DNA of 62,575 bases, counting the filler, from Stramenopiles sp. TOSAG23-2 (Eukaryota): NCBI GenBank assembly GCA_900128395.1. It is 9 parts of 9 records of this genome, joined end to end, with 100 filler letters (N's around TTAATTAATTAA, not from the genome) between each part and the next. Parts side by side here need not be neighbours in the genome. Positions count along the whole stretch, not along the records: positions 55,727 to 62,575 come from LT650397.1; 8 more parts are not named here. One strand, written 5' to 3'. A model generated the notes under the pieces. It was not told where the DNA came from. It saw only the letters and a list, made by a program, of their open reading frames with translations, and ran no database searches. This document shows positions 57,319 through 62,575 of the stretch, piece after piece (the first letter of the stretch is position 1; the number at the start of each line of letters is the position of its first letter). A program made the translations under genes and the position numbers.

Positions 57319-60300
57319 ATGACGTTATTAATTAAATATTTAATAATAATAACTTCAACTGTAATAGTATGCAACGCTTTTGGATTGAAAGAAGAAATAT
57401 GTGCGGGGCAGAAAGATTTGATGCGTAAATTAAACCGTGATGGAAAGCTATGTAATGGTGTGGAGAATTGGAAAACATGGTTTCATTTGAATTACCCTGG
57501 TTGTGGAAAAGACATTACGTGGGCAGAAAATCATTTCAAAAATGACGGTGTGAAAATGGCAGGAAAAACCCCTTTAGTAGAAAAGGGAAACCATTTACAA
57601 TTGATGCAGAAACGCCTACTCGATGATAGCTCACGTGGAAGGGAGTTATTAAGCGAATGGAATGGAACGGCAACAACTGGATCATTTAATCTTGTTAGGA
57701 ATATGACGAAGACAAGTAGTACAATTAATGTGGATGGTAAATTAGAAATTATTGGAATTGTTGGGGATGATGGGGTTAAGCCAGCAATTGATGGTGGGAA
57801 TACGCCGGGGTGTACGGACAATTGTCCTGGGCATATGGTGTTTAAATTAACTCACCGGAATCATGAATTACGATTAACAAACATAGCAATTCAGAATGGA
57901 TATTCGGTACGTTTTCTAATTTTGTTTTCTGATTTCTGATAATATTGTATTGGATGATTATTGTCTATCTTTTTTTCTTTCTTTTTCTATAAATCAAATG
58001 CAACGGACTAACATTTAGTTTTATTATTATATATGATATTTAATATATTGTATTTCGAATATGATGGTATAGGCTGTAAGTAAACGTTAAATGATTGATG
58101 TCTTTGTCTTTCTTTTTTATCAAATGGAATGGACTAACATTTAGTTTTATTATTATATATGATAATATATTGTATTTCGAATATGATGGTATAGTATGTA
58201 AGTAAACGTTAAATGATTTGATGTCTTTGTCTTTCTGTTTTATCAAATGCAATGGACTAACATTTATTTTTATTATTGTATCAAGGGTGGCGGATTATAT
58301 ATATATAGAGGATCTGCCATATTGACAAGCTGTACCGTATCAAGTAACACAGCTGTAAGTAGATTCAAACATATCTTTCTATTATCAATCGCAAAGGACT
58401 GACATTCATTTTTATTATTATATATGATATTTTTAATATTGAATCTTGGATATGCATAGAATGTAAGTAAACATTGAATGATAATTATCTTTGTCTTTTT
58501 TTTTATCAAATGCAATGGACTAACATTTAGTTTTATTATTATATATGATATTTAATATATTGTATTTCGAATATGATGGTATAGGCTGTAAGTAAACGTT
58601 AAATGATTGATGTCTTTGTCTTTCTTTTTTATCAAATGGAATGGACTAACATTTAGTTTTATTATTATATCAAGGGTGGCGGATTTTGTATACTTGGTGG
58701 ATCTGTCATATTGACAAGCTGTACCATATCAAGTAACGTAGCTGCAGTAAGTCCCGTCACAAATGGTGGAGGAATATACGTTATTATAGATTTTACAAAA
58801 TTGTTCTTAAATAATTGCATCTTTGAAGGTAATACTGCCTTGAATGACATAGGGGGTGCCCTTTATATTGACGAGTACGGGTCTGCACAACGGGGAGAAT
58901 TGTCTATAATCAATACATCATTTTTTCACGCTTCTGATACTATCTATTTTAAAACAGTATCATCTTCATCATGTATATCTCCCTCGAGTTGTATATCAGG
59001 AGGAGGTGGAACTGTATCGAATTACAACTCCTCTGAATGTAGTCACGTTTTTGTGTGTGGAAGATGTCCAAAAGGACGGTATCACACCGAAAGCGAATGT
59101 TTGCAATGCTTTGTTGGGAGATATACTGATCAACTTGGAGAATCGTCATGTAAACAATGCAAAGTTGGTCTGTACAATTCAGAAAATGGGATGGCAAGTT
59201 GTAAGCCATGTGAAATAGGAAATTATTGCCTTGGTGGCATGAATCAAACAAAATGCCCTCGTGGTTCGTACCAAGATAAAGTGGGCAAATCAAACTGCAC
59301 AGTGTGCCCGGGTGGAAAATACCAAGAAAAAACAGGGCAACCCGATGTTTCTTCTTGCAAAGCTTGTGGTACAGGAAAGTATTTGCCGCCTATTACCAAC
59401 TTTGATCATCACAAAAGCATCAAAAATTGCATTGAATGCGCAAAGGGGCAATATGAATCTTCAGGCGGAGCATCAGAATGCGATAAATGTAGCATCGGAA
59501 AATATTTCTACCCAAACGTTACAGGGAGAGAACGTGAAACTGAAGCTTGTAAACGGTGTGCAAAAAATACTTTTACTTCTTCCCGTGGACTTCTGAGATG
59601 CACAGCATGCGATGTGGGCAAAACGGCAAACGATGCTCATACAAGTTGTGTTACAGATGGAAACAATGATGATACTTCTGCACCAATAATCGATACCGTT
59701 AAATCTGCTAATGAACAACACCGCTCGTTGGATATTACATGGACTGTACCATTAAATACCAACAGCAACACGATAGAAATAGAAAGTATCGTTGTTACAG
59801 CAACAAACGAAGAGACAAATATGGAAGAAATAGAAAAATCTTTTAAACCAGATGCAACAAAAGGGAGGTTAGATGAACTGGCAGTTGAACATCAAATTTA
59901 TAAATTGGATATAAAATTCAAATATAAATCTGGTACTAATAGTAGTAAAAATTCTTGGTCAAAGCTATGGAAAACAACTAACGATTGTAGGGATGACGAA
60001 TTCTATTTAGATGCCACTGGTAACAATATGATGAAATGGAACTGCAAATCTTGTCCAGACGGTGCATCGTGCAAAGGCGCAAAAAGCAAGAACGATCTTT
60101 ACGCCAAATTTGGTTATTGGGGCTACAACAAAACACAATACTACCCTTGCCTTCGTTCACAAGCATGTTTCGGAGGGAAAAATCAAGAATTTAAAGACCG
60201 TTTTAAAGATGCAAATGATGATAAACCAATCGCGTTTTGCGCAGACGGGTATCTTAACGGAAGCCGTTTATGTGCATCGTGTGATCTAAACCATGCTCGT

Positions 60301-61638
60301 GGTTCTAGTTTAGGCGAGTGCAAAGTTTGTCACACAGAAACAGATGTAGTAGGATTTATTGTTGGCGTTTTAGTTGCAACAGGTGGAACTTTCATACTCA
60401 TTAAAATTACAGTATTTAAAGAACGGAAAGTTTATTTTAGTGATGGTGTAAAGAAAATTGCACTTAGTTATTTGCAAACTGTTTTATTGGCACGTAATAT
60501 GAATGTTCCGTGGAATAATACGTTTAGGCAGTTATTCTTTGTGCAGGATGTTGTAGCACATGTGTTGGCAGTAATCTTTTCCTTGGATTGTGTTTTAAGT
60601 ACTGCAACGGCGTGGAGTGTCTTTGTACTTCGATATGTATGTGTACTTATAATGCCTTTTCTTATCGTGCCTTTGACAATATTTTGTATGAAACGTATTG
60701 GTGGCAATAAAGAACAAATCGTTGCTACATTAGTTTTATTATGGTATCTAATGTTTCCAACATTTATACAATCGTTTGCAAAGTTGATAAGTTGCACGGA
60801 AAGTATTGGTACAGAACGGTTACATTATTTAAAACTCGACCCAGAAATAGTTTGTTGGAGAGATACACATTTAATAATGTTTTTTTTTGGTGGTCTTGTT
60901 TCATTAACATATATAATTGGGTTTCCATTAGTTGGATTGTACGTATTGCGTAAAATTGACCGTGACCTACCAGAGAATCGTTTAAAGTATGGGATGTTAT
61001 ACGATGGCTACAACAACCAATATTATTACTGGGAGATAATAATGATATTACGTAAAATTTTAATTGTTGTTATTGGAACATTTGTAGCAGATAGTCAACA
61101 AATACTTTGCGTTTTGTTTGTATTGGCATCATTGATATTTTTGACAGCATACTACCAACCGTTCATGTCAAGCGGCTTGTTGCATTTGGAGCTTGGTTCG
61201 TTATCGTTGGCTTACTTTACATACTCGGTTGGGGGTTTGTTGCAAACAGATCCAACCTGTGCTGATGACAATGGGTTTTGGTGTGAATTTTCTGCATATT
61301 TTGTTACTCTTGTAAATGTTATTGGTATTTTTTACCTTGCATACATATTTGCAACCGCAAAATGGAAAGAAAAGGCAAATTCGGTGATGGCTGTTGTGAG
61401 AAGAAAGCGTTCTTGTTGTTATGCAAAACGCAATGATTTAAATGAGCATCAGGGTAATAGAAATAGTAGAAATACATGGTATGATGATGGTGACGCGGCA
61501 GCGGCAGGTAGAGGTAATGTTGAAGTTGCTATGGTAAAGACATCAAAGGCAAAGAAGGGAGATGGCAATGGCCAGAAAAGAAAAATAGAAACTATTAATC
61601 CATTGATTAATTTATCATCTATCGAGAATAATGGTTGA
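57319..61638 (+). CDS. Multi-exon surface receptor (~1210 aa): signal peptide, beta-helix/PMP-like GGG repeats, Cys-rich GCC2/GCC3-type repeats, FN3-like domain, multi-TM C-terminus. Exons 57319-57906, 58073-58075, 58195-58197, 58286-58354, 58460-58462, 58585-58587, 58675-61638
   Basis: Six GT-AG introns with GACT(A/G)AC branch points, all phase 0, join ORF 57319 to ORF 58711; CPxGxY repeats; YGMLYDGY..YYWE...RK..QPF TM-region motif. Confidence 0.85.
57990..58745 (+). repeat. Tandemly duplicated intron/exon modules
   Basis: TCAAATG(C/G)AATGGACTAACATTTAGTTTTATTATTATAT...GATGGTATAG|NNN|GTAAGTAAACGTTAAATG recurs; 69-nt repeat exon duplicated (58286-58354 vs 58675-58743). Confidence 0.92.
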
Positions 61639-62575
61639 AAAATATTATACGAGTTATTATTCATACTGCGAACTTCAAAAAAAAAAATAAATATAATAAA
61701 AAAAAAATTGATAAAATAATAATAAGCCTTTCATCGGACCGGTCCGATTTAAAAATCTACCGGGTAAGCACATAATAAATTTTTAAATAAAAAAAAAAAA
61801 TACCATACTCATCAGATCAAGATACTACTAACATCAATAAACAATATGAAGGAGTTTGTTATACCTTTTACATATCTTATGTCGCTTCGCTCCTTGCTCC
61901 ATTTTAAAAGGAGGGAAGCAAGACGTAGAAGTATCTTTCGCTCAATTTCACATTATTATAAGTACATATTTTAGTATACTAAGCGCCTATAATTTCCATT
62001 TTTATCCATAGAAGAAGCGGCGGAAGAAAAATTAATCGAAATTTTTTATTTTGCATTAATAAATATACATTTCATATAAATGTAAACAGATGTAATGTGT
62101 CGACGTATCTCTCCCTTCCAACGATATTTTGGATATATATACATTACATTATTGTCCATTTACATCGGAAGAAAGTAAGATATATATTTCTTTTCTATTG
62201 AAACATATTTATAATGGCTACCACAACTACAACCACAACCACTTCTATGGAAAAAATAAAGTCAGAAAATAATAATAATAATTCACAGGAATATTTGTAT
62301 TTTATCGTAGTGTTATAAAAATTATATATGATATGATATCATATATATATACGTTCGTATTTCAATATTGAAATAAATTTGTATTTTATATTGATATATT
62401 TATCATATATGGCATAGATTCAAATCTAAAAGTTATATGCGTATATTATACGAAATATATATTTAATTAAAATGCATAATTTATTTTTAATTTACTCATG
62501 ATAATTCCTACTCTCCAGAAAGAATACAATAACTGAGACAAATCTATCTCACTAAACTGAAAGATGGACAATGAA

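Noticed and set aside
57990-58680. CRISPR-like or satellite interpretation of the ~120-bp repeats
   Set aside because: Units carry GTAAGT donors, GACTAAC branch points and AG acceptors and join two ORFs in frame; there are no unique spacers or cas genes

Overview
AT-rich eukaryotic (protist-like, probably stramenopile; inference) genomic DNA with the standard genetic code and few introns. The window is not one locus: it is nine unrelated ~6.85-6.88 kb contigs, sorted by decreasing length and joined by artificial 100-nt N...TTAATTAATTAA...N linkers, so synteny holds only within a contig. Contents: a tandem family of F-box-like/ankyrin genes with hypervariable binding surfaces, NDUFA3-like, a decayed C2H2 zinc-finger gene, an FMR1/FXR-like KH-RGG protein, an internally deleted Mutator (MULE) transposon with perfect TIRs, a divergent UBC9-like E2, a NEK kinase, a peptidase-S74 + CHAT + Schlafen-type helicase fusion, a PAM2 protein, DCN1, a membrane subtilase with three WW domains, METTL16, WASHC3 head-to-head with a FAIM-PX-PDZ sorting nexin, a methyltransferase-EPTP fusion, a TOM1/GPR137-like membrane protein, 5S rRNA and a multi-TM surface receptor. 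The standout is that receptor gene (57319-61638). Its beta-helix repeat region is built from duplicated intron modules carrying single-codon (3-nt), phase-0 micro-exons that supply the loop residues of each repeat, a candidate splicing/duplication-based receptor diversification system.
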